Source of the DNA: an uncultured delta proteobacterium
GTDB taxonomy: Bacteria; Desulfobacterota; WTBG01
NCBI GenBank assembly: GCA_963751515.1
Contig: CAVVUR010000008.1
Coordinates: 140,281-204,280, forward strand
Length of the DNA stretch: 64,000 nucleotides
Direction of reading: 5' to 3'
The notes beneath the pieces are model-generated. The model had not been told where the DNA came from, did not search any database, and was given only the letters and a program-made list of their open reading frames with translations. How positions within the stretch are numbered: position 1 is the first letter of the stretch; each line of letters begins with the position of its first letter. Of the stretch, positions 9,756-18,890 are shown one piece after another. A program made the position numbers and the translations under genes.

Positions 9756-11576
9756 CTATTCCGCGACCTCAATTGCCCCCGCAGGGCAGGCATGCACACA
9801 CACCCCGCAGCCGGCACAGAGCAAATAGTTTATGGTAACACGCTCATTGCCTTCCGGAACCAGAGCCGGACACTCAAAATTTTTAATGCAGCTCCGGCAG
9901 CCGGTACACGTTTCCGTAACAGTCACCGTATATCGTTTTCCCTCCCTTAAGTTCATGATGCAGGGGTGGCGGGCGATGATCACCGCTATGCCGCCCCTTT
10001 CCGAACGGGTAAAGGCATGGGCATCGTGCAGCAGCAAGATAAATCCCGTAACATCGTAGGGGTCAATCACCTTGAGAAACTCAATGCCCATCCCCTCAAT
10101 CAATTTCTCAAGGCTGACACAGTTGCCCGCCGAGCCGTCGGCACGTATGCCGGTGGCCGCGGTCGGCTGATTGCCGGTCATGGCGGTAGTGCTGTTATCC
10201 AGGATGACCAGGATAAACCGGGCTTTGTTGTAAACGGCATTGATAAGGCCCGCACCGCCTGAATGAATGAAGGTTGAGTCGCCGATGGTGGCAACAATCG
10301 GGGGAAGTTCAGCGCCGCTGGCGACAAAAGAATGGTACAGTCCCGCCGCCTGGTTTATGGAGGCGCCCATGCAGAGACAGGTATCGACCCCTCCGATATT
10401 AATGCCCAGGGTATAGCAGCCGATATCCCCGGGATAGATTCCGCGGGGAAACGCCTTCCTGATGGAAAAATAAGATGCCCGGTGGGGGCATCCGGGACAG
10501 AGCGTCGGCCGCTGACCGCCCGGTGCCGGTTCCTTCACCCGCTTGAAAGGACGGCCCGAAAACCCGGCAATGATGGGATGCAAAATGTCCGGCGTAAGCT
10601 CACCCTCTTTGGGCACATGGCCGTTCAGCTTCCCTCTGACATTGCGACGGTCGGGGATCTGGAGCTCAATCACCGGGTAGGTTTCTTCAATGACCAGGAT
10701 CTGCTTAAAGCTCCCGGCAAGCCGATCCAGAAAAGCGGGAGCAATGGGATAGGGCATTGCCGCCTTATAGAGCGCAATCCGGTCAAGCAGCCCCAGCTCT
10801 CTCAGGATATCAAGGGTGGAGGCATACGCCGCCCCCGAGGAGATGATGCAAAGCCGGGCGGCCCCGGCACGTTTGTTGATGAGAACCGGTTTGTATTGTG
10901 CGCTTCTGCCTATGGCTTCAAGCTTCCGATTGAGTTCCTTATGGAGGGAAAATCTGAACTTCGGCGTTGCCGCCAGGCGGGAAGGATTTTTCACGAAAGA
11001 CGCTTTCCGCTTCAGCCTGATCAAGGTACCCGAAATGACATTCTGGCGGGCATGACAGACCATGGTGGTGGGCCGCAGCATCACCGGCAGTGAATATTGC
11101 TCGGAAAGCTCAAGCCCTACCCGGACCATCTCATATGCCTCCCGGGGTGACGATGGATCCAGCACCGGTATCTTGGCAAACATGGCCATGAAGCGGCTGT
11201 CCTGCTCGGTCTGGGAGCTGTGCGGCCCGGGGTCATCGGCGGAGACGAGCAGAAATCCCCCGATCACGCCGGTGTAAGCCGCGCTCATCAGCGAGTCGGA
11301 GGCGACGTTAAGCCCCACCTGCTTCATGGCAACGGCAGACCGGCAGCCGGCGTAGCTGTTGGTCAGCGCGACCTCGAACGCCGATTTTTCGTTGACCGAC
11401 CACTCCCGATAGACCGGCAGTCTTCCTTCCTGGGCAAACCGGTCAACAGCGGATAAAATCTCGGTTGCCGGCGTGCCGGGATAGGAGGTCACGACGGAGC
11501 AGCCGCAATCGATAATGGCGCGACCGATCGCCTCGTTCCCCAGCAGTATTTTTTCCCGCTTTCCAGTCCTTTTCAT
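9756..11576 (-). CDS. iorA: indolepyruvate ferredoxin oxidoreductase alpha subunit
   Basis: TPP-binding domains plus C-terminal 2x[4Fe-4S] 'CTGCRSCIKNFECP' and 'CAGCGVCVHACP'; 606 aa. Confidence 0.9.
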   Translation of the reverse strand: MKRTGKREKILLGNEAIGRAIIDCGCSVVTSYPGTPATEILSAVDRFAQEGRLPVYREWSVNEKSAFEVALTNSYAGCRSAVAMKQVGLNVASDSLMSAAYTGVIGGFLLVSADDPGPHSSQTEQDSRFMAMFAKIPVLDPSSPREAYEMVRVGLELSEQYSLPVMLRPTTMVCHARQNVISGTLIRLKRKASFVKNPSRLAATPKFRFSLHKELNRKLEAIGRSAQYKPVLINKRAGAARLCIISSGAAYASTLDILRELGLLDRIALYKAAMPYPIAPAFLDRLAGSFKQILVIEETYPVIELQIPDRRNVRGKLNGHVPKEGELTPDILHPIIAGFSGRPFKRVKEPAPGGQRPTLCPGCPHRASYFSIRKAFPRGIYPGDIGCYTLGINIGGVDTCLCMGASINQAAGLYHSFVASGAELPPIVATIGDSTFIHSGGAGLINAVYNKARFILVILDNSTTAMTGNQPTAATGIRADGSAGNCVSLEKLIEGMGIEFLKVIDPYDVTGFILLLHDAHAFTRSERGGIAVIIARHPCIMNLREGKRYTVTVTETCTGCRSCIKNFECPALVPEGNERVTINYLLCAGCGVCVHACPAGAIEVAE

Positions 11577-11695
11577 AAAGCTTTTGAGCGCTTAAATTAC
11601 GCGTGATTCCATTGTTCATTCTCTTTCACGTGGGGATAATAAAATAAAGCCGGCAAATAATCAATACAAGAATCGGCCTGCCTCCGGCTCGGACC

Positions 11696-11724
11696 TTGAC
11701 ACCCCCAAGGCAGTCAAGTATAAT
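11696..11724 (+). promoter_or_regulatory. consensus sigma70-type promoter TTGACA-17 bp-TATAAT upstream of lipoprotein gene 11823
   Basis: TTGACAcccccaaggcagtcaagTATAAT; near-identical over ~35 bp to the promoter at 2970. Confidence 0.55.
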
Positions 11725-11822
11725 TTCGCCAATAAACACTGTTTCTTATTCGCGGCGCAGTTGTCTCCGTCGAAACAGAATGCATACCGCTTACCACACA
11801 CATATGAGCAACAGAGGTTCAT

Positions 11823-12737
11823 ATGCCAATCAATAAAGCAAGCTTTTCTTCTTCCGCCTTCTGTTCCTGGCTCTTTTCGGCATTCATGCTTGTGATGTTC
11901 TCCTGTGCACAGCACCGTGAAGCTGAAATTGTGCCGGCAGCGCAGCCGGCGCCTCAGACCGAGATTGAGCGTCAGCTTGAGCAGGCGCGCTCCGACCTCT
12001 CCGTCAGCCAGGCCACCGAGAGGCGAATCACCTCCGAACTGAAGGCCCTGAAGGAGTCAGGAAAGGCGACTCCCGAAATGGTCAAGGATTATGAGATCTA
12101 CCTCAGCCGCGTGCAGTCCATGGTGGCTGAAAAGAAAAAAATCGCGGAGGAGATGGAAAAGGCGTACGCCAGGCACCAGGAGATGGAAAAAGCAGGCAAT
12201 GATTCAAAATCAGCCATACCAGCAGGCGCCCCTCCCGCGGCAGCGGCGCCGGGGCAAGAGGCCGGCGAACTCGGTACCCTGGACCGGGAACTCAGCGCAT
12301 CACTCTCTGAATTTGACCAGATGCTGCTGAAAGAAATGGATGAGATCCGCTCGAAATCTGAAAGCAGGATGAGTACCCTGGCACAGGAAGCCGCTTCGGC
12401 AGCACAAAGAATCGGGGAACAGGGCGAAGAAGCAGGCGGAACATCCGGGGAGCCCGCTTCATCTGAAGGGGGCGAAAAAGGCGGTCAGAAGGGAAGCGAA
12501 GGAGAAAGCGGCGGGAGCTATGAAAACGTGCCGACCACTGATGGGCCGGTCGCAGGGGGATCATCGGCAGGCGGTTCAGCTTCAGGGCAACAGGCGAAGC
12601 GGCCGTCCGGAAGCGACCAGGATGACGACATCGTGGCCCGCCAGCTCCGTGAAGCCGCGGAAAAAGAGACTGATCCGGAGCTCAAAAAAAAGCTCTGGAA
12701 GGAATACGAAGATTACAAGAAATCCACTCGCCAGTAA
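11823..12737 (+). CDS. acidic coiled-coil lipoprotein with Gly/Ser/Glu-rich low-complexity C-terminus
   Basis: Lipobox 'VMFSC'; heptad-like Glu/Lys-rich region; C-terminal 'GGTSGEPASSEGGEKGGQKGSEGESGGS'. Confidence 0.5.
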   Translation: MPINKASFSSSAFCSWLFSAFMLVMFSCAQHREAEIVPAAQPAPQTEIERQLEQARSDLSVSQATERRITSELKALKESGKATPEMVKDYEIYLSRVQSMVAEKKKIAEEMEKAYARHQEMEKAGNDSKSAIPAGAPPAAAAPGQEAGELGTLDRELSASLSEFDQMLLKEMDEIRSKSESRMSTLAQEAASAAQRIGEQGEEAGGTSGEPASSEGGEKGGQKGSEGESGGSYENVPTTDGPVAGGSSAGGSASGQQAKRPSGSDQDDDIVARQLREAAEKETDPELKKKLWKEYEDYKKSTRQ

Positions 12738-12821
12738 CACAATTCAGGGCGTATTTATAAACTGCGATTGCTTATAAATACGATAGCAAGCACCCTTCAC
12801 GTTTTCACCATAATCACAACC

Positions 12822-14024
12822 ATGCGCATTCATCATTGTTTAATCTGCATCTGCCTCTGTTCCATTGCCGCCTGCTCGACTCTCGACGGGGCGCGCCAGA
12901 CCGCACAAACCAAAATGGTGCAGGCGAAGCAGACCATCCCCGAATCCGAGTTGCTGGACGTGGATATCGCCATCTTTACGAGTGACGAGATCACCGAAAA
13001 AAGAGCCCGAAAAGAAGGCACCAATCCCGAGGTGAGAAAGGCTGAGAACCATTTTATTCCCTACCACCTGAAAAACACCCTGGAGGGGAGCGGTTACTGG
13101 GGCATGGTCCGGGTCACCCCGGTGATATCCGATGCGGCGGAAGTCATGGTGCGGGGTGAGATACTTGAATCGAACGGCGAGAACCTTGCCGTCAAGGTGA
13201 CCGTCAGCGACGCCACCGGCAGGGTGTGGCAGGAGAAGGAGTACGGGGCCTCGGCCACCGGCAGCGACTACCTGGGCACCACCCCCGGAGAAAAGGACGC
13301 GTTTCAGGGTCTCTACAACGCCATCTCCAATGACATGTCCCGCTTTCTTCAGGAGTTGCGCCCCGATGAGATACAGACGCTGCGCACCGTTTCAAACCTC
13401 CGCTTCGCGGGTGATTTCGCACCCCATGCCTTCGGGGACTATCTGCAGGAAAACAATGGCCGGTTTACCCTAAAGCGGCTTCCGGCCGACAATGATACCA
13501 TGATGGCCCGCATCCTGCAGATTCGCGAACGTCAATACATGTTTGAGGACGTCATCAACGAGCATTACGAAGGTTTCTACAATGAAATGTGGTCACCCTA
13601 CGAAGGCTGGCGCTCCTCAAACCTGACAGAGCGCCTTGCCCTGGAAAAGCAGCGACGCTCCGCCCTCCTCCGGGAGGCCGCGGGCGCGCTGCTGATAGCG
13701 CTGGCCATCCTGGGCGAAGTGGGCGATGTGCATGATTCCGGCGCCCTGACCGCAACGATGGTTATCATCGGCGGCCAGGTATTTTTAAGCGGCGTCAATA
13801 TCTCCAAGCAGGCCCAAATGCATTATGAAACGCTGGCAGAGCTGGGTGAATCATTCGGAAGCGAAATGAAGCCGGTGGTGATGGAATTTGAAGGAAAGAA
13901 GTATGAGCTGACTGGATCGGCGGAACAGCAATACAAGCGCTGGCGGGAGCTCTTGCGGGAAATATACTATGCCGAGACGGGGTTCCCAGCAGGAGGCGAA
14001 TCAATTGAGGTACAACCACAGTAA
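12822..14024 (+). CDS. hypothetical lipoprotein
   Basis: Probable start MRIHHCLICICLCSIAACS (lipobox IAAC); stop overlaps start of next gene (translational coupling). Confidence 0.5.
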   Translation: MRIHHCLICICLCSIAACSTLDGARQTAQTKMVQAKQTIPESELLDVDIAIFTSDEITEKRARKEGTNPEVRKAENHFIPYHLKNTLEGSGYWGMVRVTPVISDAAEVMVRGEILESNGENLAVKVTVSDATGRVWQEKEYGASATGSDYLGTTPGEKDAFQGLYNAISNDMSRFLQELRPDEIQTLRTVSNLRFAGDFAPHAFGDYLQENNGRFTLKRLPADNDTMMARILQIRERQYMFEDVINEHYEGFYNEMWSPYEGWRSSNLTERLALEKQRRSALLREAAGALLIALAILGEVGDVHDSGALTATMVIIGGQVFLSGVNISKQAQMHYETLAELGESFGSEMKPVVMEFEGKKYELTGSAEQQYKRWRELLREIYYAETGFPAGGESIEVQPQ

Positions 14025-15601
14025 TGGGCAGATCTTGTCTTCCACCGGAAAAACACATGCACGACCAAACGGGCACCACACCTACAGACCCGCGTGACAA
14101 AATCATAACCCCGCTCAAGGTGACCGCGAGAGAAGAAGGGGCCGGTCACGCTGACGGCAGGAAACAATCATTCCGGTATTACACCACGCTGGTTGGGGCT
14201 CTGGTAATCCTCACTGCGGGAGGTCTCTGGCTGTTCAGCTACCTGTCAAGGAACCCCCTGCCACCTGAAGCAGCGCGAAATCAAAAGCAGGCGTCGGAAG
14301 TGACTCCTGAAGCGGTGCCGTCAATCGTTCCTGTCACAACACAACCTCCGGCAGCGCAGGCGCAGTCGGCTGCGCAGAACAAAAAGGAAGAGGCGGAACA
14401 AAAGCTCGCTGATTTTTTGAAAGCAAAAAAAGAGCTTGATGAGAAGGGGGTCGCAGAGTGGGGCGGAGAGGGCTATCAGCGGCTGCTGCAGCTCGCTCAG
14501 GCTGCCGATGCCGCGCTCATGCGGGAAGAGTTTGCAGCCGCCGCAGAGGGCTACACTCAGGCCTCCGCTGTCGCGCTCAGCCTGAAAGCAGGTATGGTGG
14601 ATGCGCTCAGTGACATCCTTGAGCAAGGCCGGCGCGCGCTCAAGGAAGGCGACGGCAAGAAGGCTGAACGGCTCTTCAGACTCGCCCTGATGATAGAACC
14701 TGCGCACCCTGTGGCCCTGCGCAATCTCGATCGCGCCAAAAACTGCGGGAAGGTCTTGGAGCTGCTGCAATCCGCCGCGCGGCATGAAGAAGGCAACAGC
14801 CTTTCTTCCGCCCGTGATGACTACCAGGAGGCCGTTTGGCTGGACCCTGAATCGGAAGAGGCCCGGGCCGGCCTGGCACGCGTGACCGGCCTGATAGCTT
14901 CCCGGCAATTTGATGAATTGATGTCAGGGGGAATAACCGCGCTGCACGCGCACGACTACGGCCGCGCCCGGCAGCTGCTCCTCAAGGCGCGATCGATTAA
15001 GCCCGATTCCCCCGAGGTCAATGACGCTCTCGCTCAGGCGGATTCGGCCCTGAAAAGGGCCCGCATCGCTGGGCTGCAAAATGAGGCGGCTGCTGCCGAG
15101 CGCTCCGAGGACTGGAATGAGGCGCTTGCAGCCTATCAAAGCGCTCTTTCCCTGGATGGCTCCATTCAGTTTGCCCTGCAGGGCAAAGAACGGGCGCTCA
15201 AGCGTAAGGAAATGGAAGAAAGCATCAAAAGCTACCTGGCCCAGCCAGGCCAGCTGGAAACCGACGGATCCCTGAACAGGGCAAGGGCGTTGCTTGGTGA
15301 GGCGCGGCAGATGGAGCCGAGAGGTCCCCGCTTGAGCAGTCTTATACAGGAACTGGATGAGCTTGTTGCCGCCGCCCGCACCACTGTCCCGGTGATTATC
15401 GAATCGGACGGGGAAACCGAAGTGGCCGTTTACAAGGTGGGCAAGCTGGGCCGCTTCCAAAGCAAGGAACTGGCCCTCCGCCCGGGAACCTATACGGTCA
15501 CGGGGGCCCGATCCGGATACAAGGATGTGCGCCGCAGCCTCTCGGTCAAGGCCGGCAGCGCGTCGCTGCGCATAACCGTCAGCTGCACTGAAAAAATATG
15601 A
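14024..15601 (+). CDS. membrane-anchored TPR-repeat protein with C-terminal PEGA-like beta domain
   Basis: Single TM 'YYTTLVGALVILTAGGLWLFSYL'; repeated Ala/Leu-rich TPR-like helices; C-term 'LALRPGTYTVTGARSGYKDVRRSLSVKAG'; overlaps next gene by 4 nt. Confidence 0.6.
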   Translation: MGRSCLPPEKHMHDQTGTTPTDPRDKIITPLKVTAREEGAGHADGRKQSFRYYTTLVGALVILTAGGLWLFSYLSRNPLPPEAARNQKQASEVTPEAVPSIVPVTTQPPAAQAQSAAQNKKEEAEQKLADFLKAKKELDEKGVAEWGGEGYQRLLQLAQAADAALMREEFAAAAEGYTQASAVALSLKAGMVDALSDILEQGRRALKEGDGKKAERLFRLALMIEPAHPVALRNLDRAKNCGKVLELLQSAARHEEGNSLSSARDDYQEAVWLDPESEEARAGLARVTGLIASRQFDELMSGGITALHAHDYGRARQLLLKARSIKPDSPEVNDALAQADSALKRARIAGLQNEAAAAERSEDWNEALAAYQSALSLDGSIQFALQGKERALKRKEMEESIKSYLAQPGQLETDGSLNRARALLGEARQMEPRGPRLSSLIQELDELVAAARTTVPVIIESDGETEVAVYKVGKLGRFQSKELALRPGTYTVTGARSGYKDVRRSLSVKAGSASLRITVSCTEKI

Positions 15602-17697
15602 AAATGTCTGCAGAGCCTCCGGCGCAACAAATCATTGAACCCATACCATTCAAACCGGTCGACTCCCGTCGTCCGCACGGTGGCCTATCCCGCGGACGAT
15701 GGCTGTTCATTGCGCTTCTTGCATGCTTCCTTTTCTTTTTCCTCTACGCGATCCTGTTTGTCTTTACCGCCCGTCAGGTATCAATACAAATACATCCCGA
15801 CCCCGATCGGGTCTCCGTCAAGGGGTCGCTCTTCAGCATCCACATTGGCAGCAGCTACCTCCTGCGCCCCGGAAACTATCGTGTGCACGCCTTTAAATCC
15901 GGGCACAAAGCGCTGGAGCTGCCGTTGCTTGTCACCGGGGAGTCAAACCAGAAACTGGTCGCCGTCATGGAAAAGCTTCCCGGCCGCTTAACCGTAACCG
16001 CTTATCCGCAGGAGCGGCCCGCTGAAACCGTTGCAGGGGCCGAGGTCTCTATCGACGGTCAAAAGGCCGGTGTCACTCCCCTTGCCGTCATCGAGGTCAA
16101 GGCCGGTCCCAGGGAAGTGCTCATCAGGGCAGACCAGTACCAGGACTTCAAAACCTCCCTGGAGGTAGAAGGCATGGGCACCTTGCAGACACTAAACGCG
16201 GCGCTGGTATCAGCATCGGGCGGTATCACCGTTGATTCCATTCCATCAGGCGCGGACGTTGCCATCGATGGAACAGTACGGGGAAAAACCCCCTTGCAGC
16301 TCAAGCTCGGCGCAGGAACCTATGGCTTGGAGATACGCGCCCCCCATTACAAAAGCTGGCAGGACCGCCTTGAGTTAAAGGAAGGTCAGCAGGAGGTGCT
16401 GGATACGGTCACGCTGCTTCCTGCCGACGGCACCATACAAGTGCGGACGAACCCTCCGGGGGCCATTGTGACAGTTGATAAAACCTTCTTCGGACGCACG
16501 CCCGCAAGCATTCCGCTTTCGCCGGAGGCTGATCACGCGCTTCACATCTCCAAGGCGGGCTACGAAAATATTGAAGAAAAGGTGCGTGTGGCCAGCGAAG
16601 AGGTCCGGGAACTCAGCCTGGAGCTGAAACCCGCCACCGGGACCATCCACTTCAGCGTAACACCTGAGAACGCAGAGCTTTACATTAATGCCATGCCTCA
16701 AGGCCCTGTGCCTCCGAGCCTGATCCTCCCATCCGCGCCACAGAAGCTCAAAATAGTAAAAGAAGGTTACGAGACGTATCAAACAGAGATAACGCCGCAG
16801 CCCGGCGTTGCAAAGGAAATAAACGTAACCCTCCTCAAAAAAATCCCGGCCCCGGCGGCAGCGGGTTCAGCAGCGAGCATCAGAGCTGCGAACGGATACC
16901 CCCTGCTCCTGGTCCGGCTTTCCTCCTTTACCATGGGTTCTTCGCGGCAGGAACAGGGACGCAGATCCAACGAAACGCTCCGAGAAATCGTTTTCACCCG
17001 GCCATTTTACATGGGCCTCAAGGAAGTGAGCAACGCTGAATTCCGGGCATTTCTCCCCGGCCATGATTCCGGCTCTCTTCAAGACCACAGCCTCAATCAG
17101 GACGCGCAGCCGGTTGTCAATATTACCTGGGAGGAGGCCGCCTCATACTGCAACTGGTTAAGCGGGAAGGAAAAGCTCCCGCCGGTGTATAGCCTCCGGG
17201 GAGGCAGGTTGATTGCCGGGGGACCCCTGGCAAGCGGCTACCGGCTGCCGACAGAGGCGGAATGGGAATACTGTGCACGCGTGACCGGAAAGACGGCTGA
17301 CTCACTCTATCCCTGGGGCAGCGGCTTTCCGCCCCCGACACGAACCGTTAACATTGCCGACCTCTCCGCCCGGGATCTGCTTCCCGGGTACTTTGACAAC
17401 TATGAGGACGGCTATCCTGTTTCAGCTCCGCCCGCCACCTTCGCTGCCAACGCACTCGGCATCTACGATCTCGGCGGCAATGTTGCCGAGTGGTGCCATG
17501 ACTATTATTCAATATACTCTTACAACCCCGGCCAACGCTACCAGGACCCCGCGGGCCTTCAGGAAGGAACGCATCACCTTATAAGAGGGTCAAGCTTCAG
17601 GCACGCGAGCATCAGCGCCCTGCGATCCGCTTTCCGGGATTACAGCAGTGAAAAAAGACCGGACGTGGGATTTCGCGTCTGCCGGTACGCCGATTAA
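15598..17697 (+). CDS. membrane protein with multiple PEGA domains and C-terminal FGE-sulfatase (SUMF1/formylglycine-generating enzyme-like) domain
   Basis: PEGA motifs e.g. 'SIPSGADVAIDGTVRGKTPLQLKLGAGTYGLEI'; FGE signature 'GYRLPTEAEWEYCAR', 'NVAEWCHDYY'; N-terminal TM. Confidence 0.75.
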   Translation: MKMSAEPPAQQIIEPIPFKPVDSRRPHGGLSRGRWLFIALLACFLFFFLYAILFVFTARQVSIQIHPDPDRVSVKGSLFSIHIGSSYLLRPGNYRVHAFKSGHKALELPLLVTGESNQKLVAVMEKLPGRLTVTAYPQERPAETVAGAEVSIDGQKAGVTPLAVIEVKAGPREVLIRADQYQDFKTSLEVEGMGTLQTLNAALVSASGGITVDSIPSGADVAIDGTVRGKTPLQLKLGAGTYGLEIRAPHYKSWQDRLELKEGQQEVLDTVTLLPADGTIQVRTNPPGAIVTVDKTFFGRTPASIPLSPEADHALHISKAGYENIEEKVRVASEEVRELSLELKPATGTIHFSVTPENAELYINAMPQGPVPPSLILPSAPQKLKIVKEGYETYQTEITPQPGVAKEINVTLLKKIPAPAAAGSAASIRAANGYPLLLVRLSSFTMGSSRQEQGRRSNETLREIVFTRPFYMGLKEVSNAEFRAFLPGHDSGSLQDHSLNQDAQPVVNITWEEAASYCNWLSGKEKLPPVYSLRGGRLIAGGPLASGYRLPTEAEWEYCARVTGKTADSLYPWGSGFPPPTRTVNIADLSARDLLPGYFDNYEDGYPVSAPPATFAANALGIYDLGGNVAEWCHDYYSIYSYNPGQRYQDPAGLQEGTHHLIRGSSFRHASISALRSAFRDYSSEKRPDVGFRVCRYAD

Positions 17698-17718
17698 TCC
17701 TTTAGAAAAAAAATCAAT

Positions 17719-18063
17719 ATGTGCTATACCATAACCATACTGGGTCTGCTCTGCTGCACGTGCCTTCCTGCACCATCATTCAGGGGCGCAAGCGATACGG
17801 TCAGGTGGCAACACATCGGATGGGAAAGCTGTTTCATCCTCACTGACGGCGCTCACCATCCAGGCTTGCTTGCCCAGCGGAGTCAAACCACCATTCCTGA
17901 CAGAAAAGAGCCGGCACCTGAAAAGCAGGATGCCAAGCCCCAAGCGGCAGAACAGAACAAAGAAGTGTCTCAGCAGAAAGATAAAACACCAGCTCCTAAA
18001 GACTTTGTTCCCTCTGAAAAGATTGATGCTGATAAGGCGGTGGATTTTCCGGCAGATATTTAA
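17719..18063 (+). CDS. small Lys/Pro/Gln-rich hypothetical protein (possibly not expressed)
   Basis: ORF only; low-complexity C-terminus; no RBS evaluated. Confidence 0.2.
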   Translation: MCYTITILGLLCCTCLPAPSFRGASDTVRWQHIGWESCFILTDGAHHPGLLAQRSQTTIPDRKEPAPEKQDAKPQAAEQNKEVSQQKDKTPAPKDFVPSEKIDADKAVDFPADI

Positions 18064-18075
18064 GAGGAGTCCGAC

Positions 18076-18879
18076 ATGAAAAAATCGTTTTCTTTATCCT
18101 TTGAGTTCCTGTACCAGTTGTTCTCGCTTATCATCAGCGTTATCCTGGTGCATGCAGTCTACGTGGGGATCATCTGGCCCGCCTCGGATGCATTTCTGGC
18201 CGAACAGGCTGCCCTGATGAAACAGGACCCATCGCACGTAGCCAAGCAGTCCGTCTACGTGGTATTGGTTGACTATGAACAGGAGACAGAAATCATCCTC
18301 ATGTTCTGGGCATTGGCCATCATGATCTACAAAGGCATTGTAATCACCAGAAACCGCACCCTGCTGCAGGAGGACCTGATACCCATGGCGGAGGGAATGA
18401 AAATATTGCCTGAGGATGTCCACGATATCTCCCGGCAGATACAGTCATTGCCGGCGGCGCAGAAGGGTGCCCTGCTTTCCCGGGTTTTGCTTGCCGCATT
18501 GCAGCGTTTCAGTTCAACCCGCAACATTCAGGATGTATCCAATGCCACCAATGCCTATTGTGCTTCTGAAGGAGACCGCCTGGACTCCGAGCTTTCCATG
18601 ATCAGATACGTCCTGTGGGCCATTCCCTCCATCGGTTTTCTGGGCACGGTGCGGGGCATCAGCCTGGCGCTGGGCTATGCCCACCGGGCGGTCGAAGGGG
18701 ACATCTTTGATGTCACCAAAAGCCTGGGGACGGCATTCAACTCAACCCTGATCGCCCTGCTGATAAGTCTCGTGCTGATGTTTTTCCTGCACCAGCTTCA
18801 GCTGCTTCAGGAGCGTTACGTGCTGGATACTGAAACATACTGCGAAGAGAAGCTCATCAGTCGTCTCCACGCCCGTTAG
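18076..18879 (+). CDS. MotA/TolQ/ExbB-family proton-channel protein (stator A-type subunit)
   Basis: Family signature across last two TM helices 'IPSIGFLGTVRGISLALGYAHRAVEGDIFDVTKSLGTAFNSTLIALLISLVLMFF'; 4 predicted TM; AGGAG RBS 7 nt upstream. Confidence 0.75.
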   Translation: MKKSFSLSFEFLYQLFSLIISVILVHAVYVGIIWPASDAFLAEQAALMKQDPSHVAKQSVYVVLVDYEQETEIILMFWALAIMIYKGIVITRNRTLLQEDLIPMAEGMKILPEDVHDISRQIQSLPAAQKGALLSRVLLAALQRFSSTRNIQDVSNATNAYCASEGDRLDSELSMIRYVLWAIPSIGFLGTVRGISLALGYAHRAVEGDIFDVTKSLGTAFNSTLIALLISLVLMFFLHQLQLLQERYVLDTETYCEEKLISRLHAR

Positions 18880-18890
18880 GAGTATAGATC

